The notes under the pieces were generated by a model. The model was given only the letters and a program-made list of their open reading frames with translations, ran no database searches and was not told the DNA's origin. From Octopus vulgaris (Eukaryota), in assembly GCA_951406725.2 (NCBI GenBank), contig OX597817.1, positions 56,668,001 to 56,732,000 of the forward strand: 64,000 bases of DNA. Direction: 5' to 3'. This document shows positions 41,962 to 59,169 of this stretch, in pieces. A program made the translations under genes and the position numbers. Within the stretch, counting starts at the first letter, position 1, and every line of letters starts with the position of its first letter.

Positions 41962-42360
41962 AGGGAGCGAGCTGGCAGAAACGTTAGCACGCCGAGCGAA
42001 ATGCTTAGCGGTATTTCGTCTGCCGCTACGTTCTGAGTTCAAATTCCGCCGAGGTCGACTTCGCCTTTCATCCTTTCGGGGTCGATAAATTAACTACCAG
42101 TTAAGCACTGGAGTCGATATAATCGACTTAATCCGTTTGTCTGTCCTTGTTTGTCCCCTCTGTGTGTCGCCCCAGTGGGCAGTAAAGAAATAGGTATTTC
42201 GTGTTTCATTACGTTCTGAGTTCAAATGTCCCTGAGGTCGACTTTGCCTTTCATCCTTTCGGGGTCGATAAATTATGTACCAGTTGCGTAATGGGATCGG
42301 TCTAATCGACTGGCCACCTCCCCCAAAATTTCAGGCCTTGTGCCTAGACTAGAAAAGATT
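41962..42360 (+). mobile_element. SINE family A dimer (head-body-tail1-body-tail2)
   Basis: Junction aaagaaata|ggtatttcg at ~42185-42200. Confidence 0.9.
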
Positions 42361-42821
42361 ATATATATATATATATATAATCTGGATATTTTAGGGACTG
42401 GATGACAATGCTTTGGAACACAGACATTTAATGAAGTGCTTCTATGAGAAGGTTAAGACTTGAAACATATCAGCTCCCATAACTTCCATTTGGGCTCGAA
42501 AAATATTGGAAATTCTGGTTTTAACCTTACCGTGAAATAGTGTGATGTGTTGGCATCGTTTTAGCTTGTGAAATGAAGTGTTTTGCTCAAGAGCACAACA
42601 CTTCGCTCGAACTCCCAATCGCTAGATTGTGAGCACAGTATACTAACCACAAGGCCAAGCGCCTTCACGAAGTGGTAGGGAAGAAGATAAATGGTTTATT
42701 ATTAGAACTGATGGGCAACACAGCGGCCTACTCCTTCTACGGTAGCTTAACAATTGGAAATTAGAAAATACGAGGCGAACGCTTAAAACAACCGTAGGGA
42801 CTCTGTTGAAGCAATATTTGG

Positions 42822-43175
42822 CTAAGAAATTTGGGCGGTTGATTAACTGAGGTAGCATCATCGCCATTAAGTTACAATGTATCAGGGATTATTGACTAAT
42901 CTCGTTCCGGAATTTATGACACTAATGGCTTGTTGAGGGGAAACACTTGGCGGACATATTGACAGGTGTCGAGGTAGTAATAGAAATATGCCAACAGGAG
43001 ACGGGATTGAGGAGGAAGATTCCCTTGAGGTGTGTCGTTACATCAGCCAAATCTCTCTTCCAACAGACCATTAGAATCATAAGTGACGGAACAAGATTTA
43101 TCAATAATCCCTAAATGTCACTAACAAATGACAGCTACACTGCCTAAGTTAACCAGCCAACCATCTAACTTTCTC
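42822..43175. mobile_element. Degenerate foldback element
   Basis: agggattattgactaatctcgttccgg... (42884) is mirrored by ...cggaacaagatttatcaataatccct (43112); similarity extends outward. Confidence 0.65.
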
Positions 43176-43409
43176 TCTCTCTCGGCAGGCAAATAGCTCT
43201 TCTAACTACTTCGTATTCCCTATCTTCGTTTAAGATATTCAATCAGGGTTTCATTTATTTTTTTCATTCTCAAATTAACAAAACTCGAGAGGAGACTATT
43301 AGTTCTGCTCCCTTACATACTACCTTTAATAAATAATCATCCCCGGTGAGCCTTCTGATTCTTAGAGCAACCGTTTGTAGTCTTCGATAAGGATTGTTTC
43401 CTTGGCTAA

Positions 43410-43715
43410 GAGTTGTGATCAAGTGGCTAGAGTATTCGGCTCATGTGAGTTCGATTCCCGGCAGTACGATGTGGCCTTGAGCAAATCGTTTTATTTCACG
43501 ATGCCCCAGTTCACTCAGCTGGCAAAAGTGAGTTGTGTCTGTTATTCAAAGGGCCAGCTTTGTCACATATTGTTTCATGCTGAATCTCCCCGAAAACTAC
43601 GTTAAGAGTTACGCTTGTCTGTGGAGTGTTCAGCCACTTGCACGCTAAATTTCCCGAGCAGCCTGTTCTGAGGTTGGACCAACTGGAAACATAGTCGTTG
43701 TAACCGATGTCGTAC
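43410..43715 (+). mobile_element. SINE family C-like copy
   Basis: gagttcgattccc B box; ccttgagcaa...tttcacg...ccagttcactcagctggcaaaa shared with 61102-61350. Confidence 0.65.
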
Positions 43716-43796
43716 GAATTAAATTATCTAATTTGCATCTCGGTTTTTGTTTAAAACAATAGGGTTTTGATTATTAATGTAAGAATGTTGAAGATA

Positions 43797-45165
<1,369 letters not shown>

Positions 45166-45234
45166 GAATATCCTCCCAGGAATATATGAATTGTACAAAT
45201 GACTACATTTAAATACTCGTGTGCGTGTGTATGT

Positions 45235-45278
<44 letters not shown>

Positions 45279-45717
45279 TATCAACACATATTTACCCAGC
45301 AACTAAACCAAATGAACATTAACCGTCAATATTTATGTCAGAATGCAAGAATGGCGTTTACGACAGACTTATGAAAATGTTTTGGGCAGGTAAAGGTTTA
45401 AACTATAATATTTAGTAAATAATTTGCAGCCAAATAAGTAATAAATAAATAAATTAATTAATTAATTAAAACAGAAGTTATATTAATGTTTATGACTGTT
45501 GCAGACTTAAATACGCCGTTCCGTTTAATAGAATCGACTTTACTTGGGTTTTTAGCCAAACACCCGTGATAAACGAGGATTGAAGTATGTGTAAGTATGC
45601 GTGTGTCTGTATGTGTGTGTGTGCGTATGTTCATTGATGTGTGTGTTAGTGTATGCCTATGTGTGTGTCAGTGTGTGCATCAACCGAGTGTCCTGTGCAT
45701 CTCTTTACTCTTTTTCT

Positions 45718-46063
45718 CTTTTACTTGTTTCAGTCATCTGACTGTGGCCATGCTGGAGCACCACCTTTAGTCGAGCAAATCGACCCCAGGACTTATTCTT
45801 TTTGCTGAACCGCTAAGTTACGGGGACATAAACACACCAGCATCGGTTGTCAAGCGATGTTGGGGGGATAAACACATACACATATATATGTACATATATA
45901 CGACGGGCTTCTTTCAGTTTCCGTCTACCAAATCCACTCACAAGGCTTTGGTCGGCCCGAGGCTATAGTAGAAGACACTTGTCCAAGGTGCCACTCAGTG
46001 GGACAGAACCCAGAACCATGTAGTTCATAAGCAAGCTACTAACCACACAGCCACTCCTACGGC
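45718..46063 (-). mobile_element. SINE family B, compact copy
   Basis: Full reverse-complement match with a short internal (CA/TA) tract. Confidence 0.9.
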
Positions 46064-46269
46064 TATCACGTATAATATGCTGTATACATATATACATTTG
46101 CCCTTGTTTTCTTACGTTCTGAGTAGCATAAAGCTTTCTTAGGAGTCAAATCTCGTTCAAATCAGATTTTGTTAGTTTAAAAATAAAAGGAAGAACACAT
46201 TGTATAATGTATTCCTAGGTACACTATGTCTGAATAAACGATTGAATAGTCAATGCTATGACCTCTTAG

Positions 46270-46510
46270 TACCTGATGCGTCAACAAATTTTGTTTTTCT
46301 TCCGGAGCTTTGTTTCGACGAGGAGTTTTTCCCCTCTTTCTCAAAGGCTTTCGAGACAGTACTTCTTGATATACCAAATATTTCGGCTGTTTTCGTTACG
46401 CTAGCGCCTGCCATACGGGCACCAACAATTTGACCGCTTTGAAAGTCAGAAAGATCTGGCATTTTAATGAATTTTAATTACCTTTTTCTGATATCTGAAA
46501 AGAAACAGAC
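46270..46510 (-). pseudogene. Tc1 transposase N-terminal HTH fragment
   Basis: MPDLSDFQSGQIVGARMAGASVTKTAEIFGISRSTVSK...SGRK. Confidence 0.85.
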
Positions 46511-46849
46511 ATTTTGAAATAAATTGTATTTCGAAGGCCAAATGTTTGGAGTCCTACTCCCTACCCCGTTCCTCAAACATAAATAAAAAATAATTTACAG
46601 TAATATACTGAGGTAAATCAACTCAAGCACTCGTCTCTGCATGCTTCTAAAGAAACTTTATCTAAATTTTTGCAGTGGCAGGAACGGAAGAGACTCAGAC
46701 GATATGTTTTGTTTCGAGTAGTGCATAGGATTCGAAATTGCTGTTCATTTCATTCTCCAGGACCGATAAAAACAATACCAGTCATACACTGAGGGTGCTT
46801 CCATCGAATAGACTTCTCCTGCTTTGTGCCAATATGAGAAACCAACACT

Positions 46850-46900
<51 letters not shown>

Positions 46901-47127
46901 CAGCAGCAGCAGTAATAGTAGTAGTAGTAGTAGTAGTAGTAGCAGCAGCAGCAGTAGCAGGGAAAGTGTAATCACCACTTACAGCTTGTCACATATATCA
47001 CACTAATGGCCTAACTTAATGCTGTTTTAATTCCCAGTCCACTGATTTTTGGCACGAGGTTATTAAAACCTTCTTTATACACCTTCTCTTTCTCTCTCTC
47101 TTTCTTTTTCTCAACTAATGTGTGTGC

Positions 47128-47136
47128 GTGTGTGTG

Positions 47137-47228
<92 letters not shown>

Positions 47229-47247
47229 TGAGTGCGTGCGTGCGTGC
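47128..47247. repeat. (GTGC)n tetranucleotide tract
   Basis: Visible. Confidence 0.95.
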
Positions 47248-47945
47248 TTGGTCATACAAATGAAAGATTACTCAATACATGTGGTAGAGTATATTTACTT
47301 TCGAAACTATTCATACCATTGATTCTGAACTATTTTCAACTTATGGATATCTTTGATCCCCCCCCCCTTTTTTTTTACTCGGCTGGACTCCCCAAAACCA
47401 TTCGATGTTTTAGAAAAATCCTCTTATATCTTTATAATTAAATATTATTAGCAATTGTATTTAAAAAAATGTTTGTTAAAATATCTGCAAGGCTTGGCAC
47501 GGCACCATCCACCAGGCTAACAGCGCATTTAAGACAAACCATTGTATCAGCCTGGAGAAGCGGAGAATCCAAACGAGGAGGTGATTTAGGATAGGGACAA
47601 GCAGAATACAGACATTTCCTTGCGGCCGCTGTCAGAGGTCAAAACACTCACCGACGCGCATGTTCACGGGGTTAGCGAAGGGAACCCAACCTCTAAGTAT
47701 CTTCGTATCGAATTCGTCGCCATGGGAGATTATCCACTACTGCCAGAACTACAGCTAACTCACCACTGTCACCACTAAGGCCACTACTATAAGTAATTCT
47801 TCACTCGTACGGAAACTACTACAAATACAATAACCAGAATTATACTAATCACCACCACCACCACTACAACTGAACTAGTGCTATCACCAAAACTACCATT
47901 GACGCAATATCCAGCGCTCTGTTAACCACTATAATCACCACAACC

Positions 47946-48175
47946 TATATCTTTACTACCCACAAGGGGCCAAACACAGAGGGGACAAACAAGGACAGAC
48001 AAACGGATTAAGTCGATTATATCGTCCCCAGTGCGTAACTGGTACTTATTTAATCGACTCCGAAAGGATGAAAGGCAAAGTCGACCTCGGCGGAATTTGA
48101 ACTCAGAACGTAACGGCAGACGAAATACGGCTACGCATTTCGCCCGGCGTGCTAACGATTCGGCCAACTCGCCGC
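47946..48175 (-). mobile_element. SINE family A, tail type 1
   Basis: Near-consensus reverse-complement copy. Confidence 0.9.
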
Positions 48176-49574
48176 AACCATCACCTACACCATAACAAGC
48201 CATCACTGTCATTAAAGCTACCACTGATACGATACAATAGTCAAAACCGTATCCAGCATCTATCCTATCCGCTCCTCCAGCCACCACCACTACCACCACT
48301 GCTGTAATTAATGATGTTCTCATCACCAATAGCAACACCAGAAACATCAACATTGCCACCACCACCACCACCACCACCATCGCCTCTAGCATTATCACCA
48401 GCTCTAACACCAGCATCATCACCATTAACACGATCATCTCTAATACCAACATGACCAACATACTTTCAAATACATACACGCATGCGCACAAACTCGGTCA
48501 CACAAAACCGCACGCGCAGACATGCACACACAAGCGCATACATAAAAACTTTTGGAGACATATACACTCAATCACACAATTTTCTACACACAACCAGAAA
48601 CTATCCAACACACACACCAAAATATACATACAGATATGTACACGCTTATCCTTCCAATCCATTTATTTAATCAATTTAACAGACCGCCCCCCCCCCCAAC
48701 CGCCCATCCTCCATCTGTTCCAACCACAGCTACAATCTTCTTATATTTTCCTCCACTCCCCACTCATCTCATAAATTCTATCTCTTATCAGCTCCTCATC
48801 TCACTTCCCCTCCCCTTTTTCTCTCTCCTCCTCTCCCCTCCCTCCCTTCCCTCCTCTCTCTCTCTCTCTCTCTCTCTCTTAAACTCACAATTTTCCTGCC
48901 AGTCTCGTACTTTTGCGGATCACCAACTTATCTATGTTTCTTTCCTGAACGAACGTACAAAAGAGAGAAACTCGGTGAGTGAGACTTAATAAATTAACAT
49001 TTTTGGTGGAATAAAGAAATTCTAATGCATGTAATGAGTAATTCTTCCCCTGTTTGTACACCAAACACACAGACACACATAGACACACTCAATATGTGTA
49101 TCATATATGTTTATATATACATAAACATATACATACATGCATATATATATATTTATATATATATATATATATACGATCTTTAAAAGAAACGCAAAACAGA
49201 ATGTCAAGAACCATTTGGTATGAGGTTTTCGTATTGTGTCAATCGCTTTCGCTTTTCAAACAGCTTTTCAAATACACGTGTTTTGAGAAACTGAAATCAG
49301 AAAAAGCGCTTAAAGCAATGCAAAAACTTCCTTCCCAAGTGTCCGTGTGATTCTCTTTTAAGATTCTTTTTTGTAATTAATAATTCTTTATTTGAGAGAA
49401 TTGTTCTTCAAATTTTGTGACTGTATGAAGACCTTTTTGGAAAACCTCCAAAGAGGTTAGAAAAGCATGAACACGTTCCTTAAATGTAATCAAGACATGG
49501 GGTGAGGTGATAACTCCGGTGTCTCAGCTACTTAGAATTAGGTGCTGACGAAACAGGAGAAAATTAGCAAATTC

Positions 49575-49788
49575 TATTGAGTTGAGTCAAAAGTTTTGCC
49601 CTTTTTTGGTAACTTATTTGCTTTATTTGTCAAATTACTGCAAAAGCAGCTTTTGAATTCAATGTAAAAGCCATTGTGTTGCACCGTCTGAAGCCACTCT
49701 TCTGCCAGTTCTTTCATCCTACGCTGAGACCAGTTCCTGTTCTTCGTGGCGAAGAAATTCTTCACTGAATCTTCCACCTCTTCTAGGT

Positions 49789-49790
<2 letters not shown>
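49575..49790 (-). mobile_element. Mariner 3' fragment (transposase C-terminus and terminal repeat)
   Basis: NLEEVEDSVKNFFATKNRNWSQRRMKELAEEWLQTVQHNGFYIE resembles mariner C-termini. Confidence 0.75.
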
Positions 49791-49851
<61 letters not shown>

Positions 49852-49854
<3 letters not shown>

Positions 49855-51464
49855 TTGCGGCCAAAATGTTCAGAACGGCATTGTTTTCGTCAGAAAAGTA
49901 GGTATAAGTTTTTATTAAAGTTGTTTTATATTCTATAATTTTCAGAGACAATAAATACAATATTAATTGTTATTGTCTGAGATTTCTGTGTAATTTGAGA
50001 GGATAATACAAAAGTTATGGATGATTTAGGGATTTACTGCAAAACCCATGGTGGCCAAGATGATCAGAACGGTTGAAAAAATATCAAAATAATCAAAAAT
50101 GACAGAGAATACTGGAATTATTTAATATTTAGTGTGAAGCTCTTTAGCTTCAATCACACTTTGACATCTTCGACTGCATGAGGAAATTAAATTTTCAATT
50201 TCTTGCTGGGTGATCTTATTCCATTCTTCCTGAAGGGCATTCCATAATTGCTCGGTTGTTTTAGGATTTCTGACTTTCGAACGTTCTCCTAGAATATTCC
50301 ACACATTTTCAATAGGATTGAGATCTGGGCTTTGAGCTGGCCAATCCATAACAATAACCTTTTCAGCCTGGAGGAAGTTCATGACCACCTTAGCCTTGTG
50401 ACATGGGGCATTGTCCTGCATGAATATGGGTGGTCGCTTAGTTGAATTTCTCAGCACAGGCAAGACATGATCTTTTACAAGTTGTTTATAAACTCCTGCA
50501 TTTAACTTTCCATGTAATCGCACCAAAGGGCCCGCACCATCTCCAGATATCATCCCCCAAACCATGACACTTCCTCTACCGAATTTAACACTAGTCTTAA
50601 GGCATTTAGGCGACAATTTTTCACCTACTTTTCAACCTACTTTTCCCATCTGAGCCAAACTTAGATTCATCACTGAAATGCACCGTTAGCCATTTTTCTT
50701 GAGACCACAACACATGTTCGGTTACAAAGGTAAGACGACCCTTTTAATTTTGGAGCTGATCAGTGGTTTCACTGCTGGTGATCTTGCTTGTAGGTTATGT
50801 TCAACTAAACGATGAGACAAGTTTTTCGAGATAACGTTTTCTTCAGTACAATGCTCATTTCCCGAGAAACAGCAGCAGCAGTTTTAAATCTGTCCTTTTT
50901 AACCAACTTTACCATAGCACGATCTTCTCTCTTGGTCGTTTTTCTTGGCCTATCTGTAGACTTTCTTGCTTCACATGAACCACAATCATCGAAGACCTTA
51001 AGAATACCGTGAACAACACTTTTTGACTTGTTAACAATCTTTGCAATAGACCCAATACTTAAATTATCCTTCTTTCGAAGCTTAATAATCTGCTAACGAA
51101 TTGATAACGGAGTAAGTGGCATTATATTAACAAAGTACACTGCAGATATTCTTACTAATGTTTAGTAAACGAACCGTCACGTAAATAAATTCAAAACATT
51201 AGAGTTCGCCGGTTAAATATACTAAAACATGGAGTAACATCAACCTTTCTGATCATTTTGGCCGCCATGGGTTTTGCAGTAAATCACTAAATCATCCATA
51301 ACTTTCGTATTATCCTCTCAAATTACACCAAAATCTCAGACAATAACAATTAATATTGTATTTATTGTTTGTGAAAATTATAGAATATAAAACAACTTTG
51401 ATAAAAACTTATATCTACTCTTCTGGCGAAAACAATGCCGTTCTGAACATTTTGGCCGCAACTG
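49852..51464 (-). mobile_element. Full-length Tc1 (DD34E) DNA transposon with ~225-bp IR/DR termini, TA-flanked
   Basis: Inverted repeats 49852-50076 and 51240-51464 starting cagttgcggccaaaatgttcagaacgg; inner direct repeat ggccaagatgatcagaacgg. Confidence 0.95.
50122..51122 (-). pseudogene. Disrupted Tc1 transposase
   Basis: ATG at 51122, premature TAG at 51093-51095, apparent frameshifts; motifs FSDESKF, QDNAPCH, SPDLNPIEN with 34 residues between the second D and E. Confidence 0.92.
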
Positions 51465-51517
51465 TATATATGCATGTATGTATGCATATATGAATAAAAG
51501 AATAGTAATAATGCTTG

Positions 51518-51571
<54 letters not shown>

Positions 51572-52049
51572 TATATATATATGTATATATACATACATAT
51601 ATATAAATATATACATATATATATATAAACCATAAAAAGCAGGATGTCTGAGAAGTGTATGTATATTTTTTAACCGCATGACTTCAATAGGATTATGGCC
51701 GTTTCGCATCCTCATTCGTGTAATGCTCATTTCAGTACTGAAGACATTATGTGTCCATGTTTTTGCTATACAATTGGATATTCACAAATTAACTCAAATA
51801 ATGCCAACTCCTCAGACCGCCGGGACATCATGGTTGCACCAAGAATTCGGCTCTCAGATACCGATCAATGATACCAATCACATTATTATTTTAATTTTGT
51901 ATTTATTTTATCGATATCAATTGGTCAAAATCGATTGGGGACATGGTATGAACACAGACATGAACAACTTCAGAGGAAATATAAATGCCGATACATGCAT
52001 ACACATACCACATACGTCATACAGTCACACACACTCATATGCATACGTG

Positions 52050-52330
52050 CAGCCACCAAGTTAAAGCACAACTGGCCAGATATTGTCGTGAGGGATCACA
52101 CGGAAGATATATGGCCTGTGTGAAGATCAGATGCCTTCTGGACACGGATGTGGTTAGAAAAGTAGAAAAGAAAGAGGACATCTATGGACCATTGATGAGA
52201 AATTTGCAAATCCAATCCTCAAGATACTCTTCAAGTTTCAGACCTATTATTATTGGGGCAACAGAATACATACCGACCCATCTGGAGCAAAGTATGGCTG
52301 AACTTGTGCCACGATATTTTGGCCTACAAA
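52050..52330 (+). pseudogene. Second, diverged RLE-type (R4-like) LINE C-terminal remnant
   Basis: KHNWPDIVV and CLLDTDVVRKVEKKEDIYGPLMRNLQ...RPIIIGATEYIP in adjacent frames. Confidence 0.7.
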
Positions 52331-52559
52331 AATCTGCAAGACTTTCTTGTGATTTAAAATCTTAAAATAAACTTAACAATGACAAATATATATAATTACG
52401 ACCAACTTTGTACAACCTAGAATTTCTTGGTTTTTGTGTAACGAACTCCTTAACCAGACAGCTAAAACTATCTAGTTAGAATTCACAAAAATATATTTCT
52501 TTGTGTAAATGTCATATATACATACATGCAAACCTAAATACATAAATATACAAAGATTT

Positions 52560-54654
<2,095 letters not shown>

Positions 54655-55656
54655 TAATCCAAACAAGAAAACACAGAAAAAAAGAGAAAAAAAAATGTAT
54701 ATATATATATATACATATATGTGCCTAAAAGGGTGACAATCCTAAAGTCATTCATGACAGAAACGGTTTGTTGTATATATATATATAGTTACCTCCGAGA
54801 GGAACGTAGGTCGTTCCCTTACGTCTACCGTGATTCGTGGACATATTCATTCGGAGTAATATAAATGAGGGAAACTTGGTTTAATCGTGGATTCTATTCC
54901 AAAGGAACAGAAATATAATGATGTCAGTATGATGCCTTGTCGAACAATACAAAGAATCCTCGACCATCGCAGGATAGTCCAGAGTCCCTTGCACTGGCAG
55001 AACGTTAGCATTCTTCCTGCAAGGAGACTGTAATAAGAGAAAAAAAGATGTTGAATAGTTAAAAGGAAAATGCTTGTCTCAGTGACTTTGGGTTGTATAA
55101 CTTGATGCAAACATACGACAAATATATCAAGTTTTGTCGGTGGTCCTCATCAATGACTTCACGAATTTTTTCCTCCATTTTCTAGCGTTTTTCGTCGCCC
55201 TGAACACTGATAAGCTTGAATCAGCTTTGGAAAGGCCGCGAGACCTAAGGACTCAGAATAAATGTATGAGAAAGCATTATCGGGGCCTCGTAAGTCAATT
55301 TGTTTCATACAAAATTTGGTCCAGACATATCCCTCGAATATGTCGCTCACCGTAAAACCATTACAAAACCGAATAATTGAACAGGAGTAGACGACATGAT
55401 TTGTATAATGTGTAGCTGGCTACCAATGAGCTTCAGCTACACATCTGTTTCCGTTAAACGATACAAACACTACATAAGGAGCCCTGAAACTATTTGGTAA
55501 AACCTTCTTCATTATATATACACGCTGTAAATAATAAATATCTATACTATAATGGTGAAATCCGCCGGCCCAATGGTTTCCCTTTATGGTAGAATTAATA
55601 GTCAAGATTATTTAAGCATTTTATCTGATAAAATTCATTCTATGGTTGCGGAACAT

Positions 55657-55997
55657 ACAGGATGATAATGCACCGATTGACACAGCTAATGTTGTTACTG
55701 AATGGTACGAGGAACATTCTAATGAAGTTGAACGTCTTATCTGGCCACCACAGTCCCCAAATCTCCATATTGAACATTTAGGGTGCGTTTTAGAAAAACA
55801 AGTAAGGAGTCGATATATCCTCCACCATCATCACTACAAGAACTGGAGACCTGTTTTAGCTGAAGAATGGACAAAAATTCCTTTGGAAACAATTCAAATT
55901 TTGTACAAATCCATATCTCGTAGAATTCAAGCTGTAATTACTGCCAAGGGCGGTCCTACCCCATATTAAAATAAATTTGCTTGAAATTTTAAGGTGT

Positions 55998-56000
<3 letters not shown>
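55657..56000 (+). pseudogene. Tc1 transposase C-terminal fragment
   Basis: QDDNAPI...WPPQSPNLHIEHL...EEWTKIP...SISRRIQAVITAKGGPTPY*. Confidence 0.85.
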
Positions 56001-56062
<62 letters not shown>

Positions 56063-56276
56063 GAGAGAGAGAGAGAGATCGCTATGATAGATCGCTAGCC
56101 ACTAAACCTTTTTTATTTTCTCTCCCTGTTCATTTCTGTGTTCCGTTCTGTTGAAGATCGTAGGCTCGAAACGTAAAAGACTTTCTCACTTCCCGAGCAT
56201 TATACTAATACATTTGTTTGTTGCTTACACACCCGTCTTCGTCTTTTGTTTGTTTGTTTTTTTTGTAAATTCTTAC

Positions 56277-56327
<51 letters not shown>

Positions 56328-56329
<2 letters not shown>

Positions 56330-56470
56330 CGGGCTCCTTTCCGTTTGCGTCTATGAAATCCACTCACAAGGGTTTTGCTCAACATGAGGCTGTTGTAGAA
56401 GACACTTGCCCAAGGTGTCATACAGTGGGACTGAACTGTAGTTGGGAAGCAAGCTTCTTACCACACAGCC
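56328..56470 (-). mobile_element. SINE family B, 5' module
   Basis: gaagacacttgcccaaggtg...cagtgggactgaac. Confidence 0.75.
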
Positions 56471-56489
56471 AAAATGACCCAGCTGGGTC

Positions 56490-56800
56490 CGAACCATCAG
56501 TTGCATCAGCTTCAACGCCTCAAGTTCTTTGGATTTATTCTTCATTGTCCGAGCGGTGTGAGGACTTACGTTACCTTTCTTCGGAAGAACTCGTTTGCTG
56601 TTGACCAATGCTGGTATTTTTGCTGCATAATGGCATAACTCCAGCTGTTCGGTGTACAGGTTGGCATTGACGGTAGGGATTGTCGGGAACGAATTCGTTG
56701 TGACTTATCTCCTAATAATCCCACCAGACACAGAGCATCGCCTTGTGTTCGAAACGTCGATGTTTGGCGACGAACATAAGTGTTTCTTTGTAACGTGACG
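56490..56800 (-). pseudogene. Decayed mariner transposase catalytic region
   Basis: RFEHKAMLCVWWDY, TVNANLYTEQL, VNSKRVL...NVSPHTAR...KELE in successive frames. Confidence 0.75.
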
Positions 56801-56860
56801 AATATAGCGAATAGGCCACCAAAAATATTGCAAAACTTTTAACGCAACACAATATATGAA

Positions 56861-56911
<51 letters not shown>

Positions 56912-57164
56912 ATGTGCATGCATGTGTGTGTGCATATGTGTGTTTGTATGTTTGTGTGTGTTTGTGTTTATGTGTGTGCTTGTGTGTGTGCATGTATGTA
57001 TGTGACTGTATGTGTATGTGTCTAGGCGCGTGTGTGTTTGTGTGCTTCTGTGTGTGCATATGTGTGTGTGTTTCTGTGTCTGCGTGTGTGTGTGTGTTTG
57101 TGTGAGTATTTTGTGTGTGTTTGTCTTATGTGTGTGTGTGCGTATATATATATATATATATGTA

Positions 57165-57284
<120 letters not shown>

Positions 57285-57714
57285 TGCGTGTGCGTGTGTC
57301 GATGGAAAGGATATAATTTATACAATCATGTGTATTAGAACCAATAGTAAGTATTTGAATAGGATTTTTTTTTCCGGAACATCCCCTAACAGTTTTATGA
57401 TGCCTGTATAAAATAAATATCAGAGATTTTGAGTCGGCCATTTCTTTTCAATGTAAACGTTCATTTAAATAACAAACTAGCGCTCGAAATATATATTATG
57501 CAAAAAAAAAAATATATATATATATATATATTTTTACACACATACTTTATATGCAAATAAAATATGTTTCTATACAAAGTATGATATTCATACACAATTA
57601 TTATGTAAAAATATATTTATACGCTTCAAAGCGACTTTTTCAATTTCAACAAATAAAATGAAAGCTCAGTAATCTTTACTCTGGAATTTGCTTATGTATA
57701 CCTAAGTAGTTGTT

Positions 57715-58476
57715 TCAAATTTTACCGCAAGGCTAGCAATTTTGGTGGGAGGGGTAAGTCTATTAAATCGTCGCCAGTGCTCAACTGGTACTTATTTTAT
57801 CGACCCCGAAAGGATGAAAGGCAAAGTCGATCTGGACGGAATTTGAACTCAGAACGTAAAAACGGACGAAATACCTATTTCATTACTACCCACAAGGAGT
57901 CAAACACAGAGAGGACAAACAAGGACAGACAAACGGATTAAGTCGATTATATCGAAGCCAGTGCGTAACTGGTAATTATTTAATCGACCCCGAAAGGATG
58001 AAAGGCAAAGTCGATCTGGACGGAATTTGAACTCAGAACGTAAAAACGGACGAAATACCTATTTCTTTACTACCCACAAGGAGTCAAACACAGAGAGGAC
58101 AAACAAGGACAGACAAACGGATTAAGTCGATTATATCGAAACCAGTGCGTAACTGGTAATTATTTAATCGACCCCAAAAGGATGAAAAGCAAAGTCGACC
58201 TCGGCGGAATTTGAACTCAGAACGTAACAGCAGAAGAAATACCTATTTCTTTACTACTCACAAAGGGCTAGACACAGAGGGGACAAACAAGGACAGACAA
58301 ACGGATTAAGTTGATTACATCGATCCCAGTGCGTAACTGATACTTATTTTATCGACCCCGAAAGGATGAAAGGCAAAGTCGATCTGGACGGAATTTGAAC
58401 TCAGAACGTAACGGCGGACGAAATACGGCTAAGAATTTTGTCCGGCATGCTAACGATTCAGCTAGCTCGCCGCCTT
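57715..58476 (-). mobile_element. SINE family A tetramer with 184-bp period; another copy follows at ~58490-58680
   Basis: cgacccc anchor at 57801, 57985, 58169 and 58353; a single head at ~58425-58476. Confidence 0.92.
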
Positions 58477-59169
58477 GTTAGAATGGTTTCAAATTTTGGC
58501 ACGAGGTCACCAATTTTGGGGGGAGGGGGAAGTCTATTAAATCGACCCCAGTGCTCAACTGGTACTTACCTTATCAACCCTGAAAGGAGGAAAATCAAAG
58601 TCGACTTTGGCAAAATTTGAACGCCGAACGTAAAAACGGACGAAATGCCGCAAAGCATTTTGTCCGGCATGCTATAATATATGCTAGATGTAATATCTAC
58701 GTAGAACACTATATACCAATGGTTCTGAACAATGTCCCATATGCACCACCCCCGGGCGGGGGCTGGGAATTTGGTGGAGGTGGGGGGCTAGGAAGCAAAA
58801 TAGAAAACTGGAGATCCACATTGGCATCTTAAAATTTTGCCGATAGGTAAAAGTACCAGGTTTTAAAGTAAGTCATGGGGTCGATTTATTCGACTAAAAC
58901 TTCAAGGCGGTACCCCAGAATGGCCGCAGTCTAATGACTGAAACAGATATAAGATGAAAGATACAAGGTATATAAATATATATATATATATATCTTAACA
59001 TATAAAACAAAGTTTGTGTGTGCGTGCGCGCATGCGTTGCGTGTGTGTGTGTGTGTATGTATGTGTGTGCGTATGTTGCACCTAATATGTGTGTGTGTTT
59101 ACATTTGTTGTTAAATCGAGTATCGTTAAAGATTCTTCAGGCAGAGTTACCTCCCTTAGTTAAGACCTC

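Noticed and set aside
47480-47740. GC-richer unique-looking segment
   Set aside because: No ORF, structure or second copy that I can support; left unannotated.
54790-55620. Non-repetitive stretch with short hairpins
   Set aside because: Could not be assigned to any family; the short ORFs lack motifs.
57715-58476. Regularly spaced repeats resembling a CRISPR array
   Set aside because: Units are whole 184-bp SINE bodies with no unique spacers; eukaryotic context and no cas genes.
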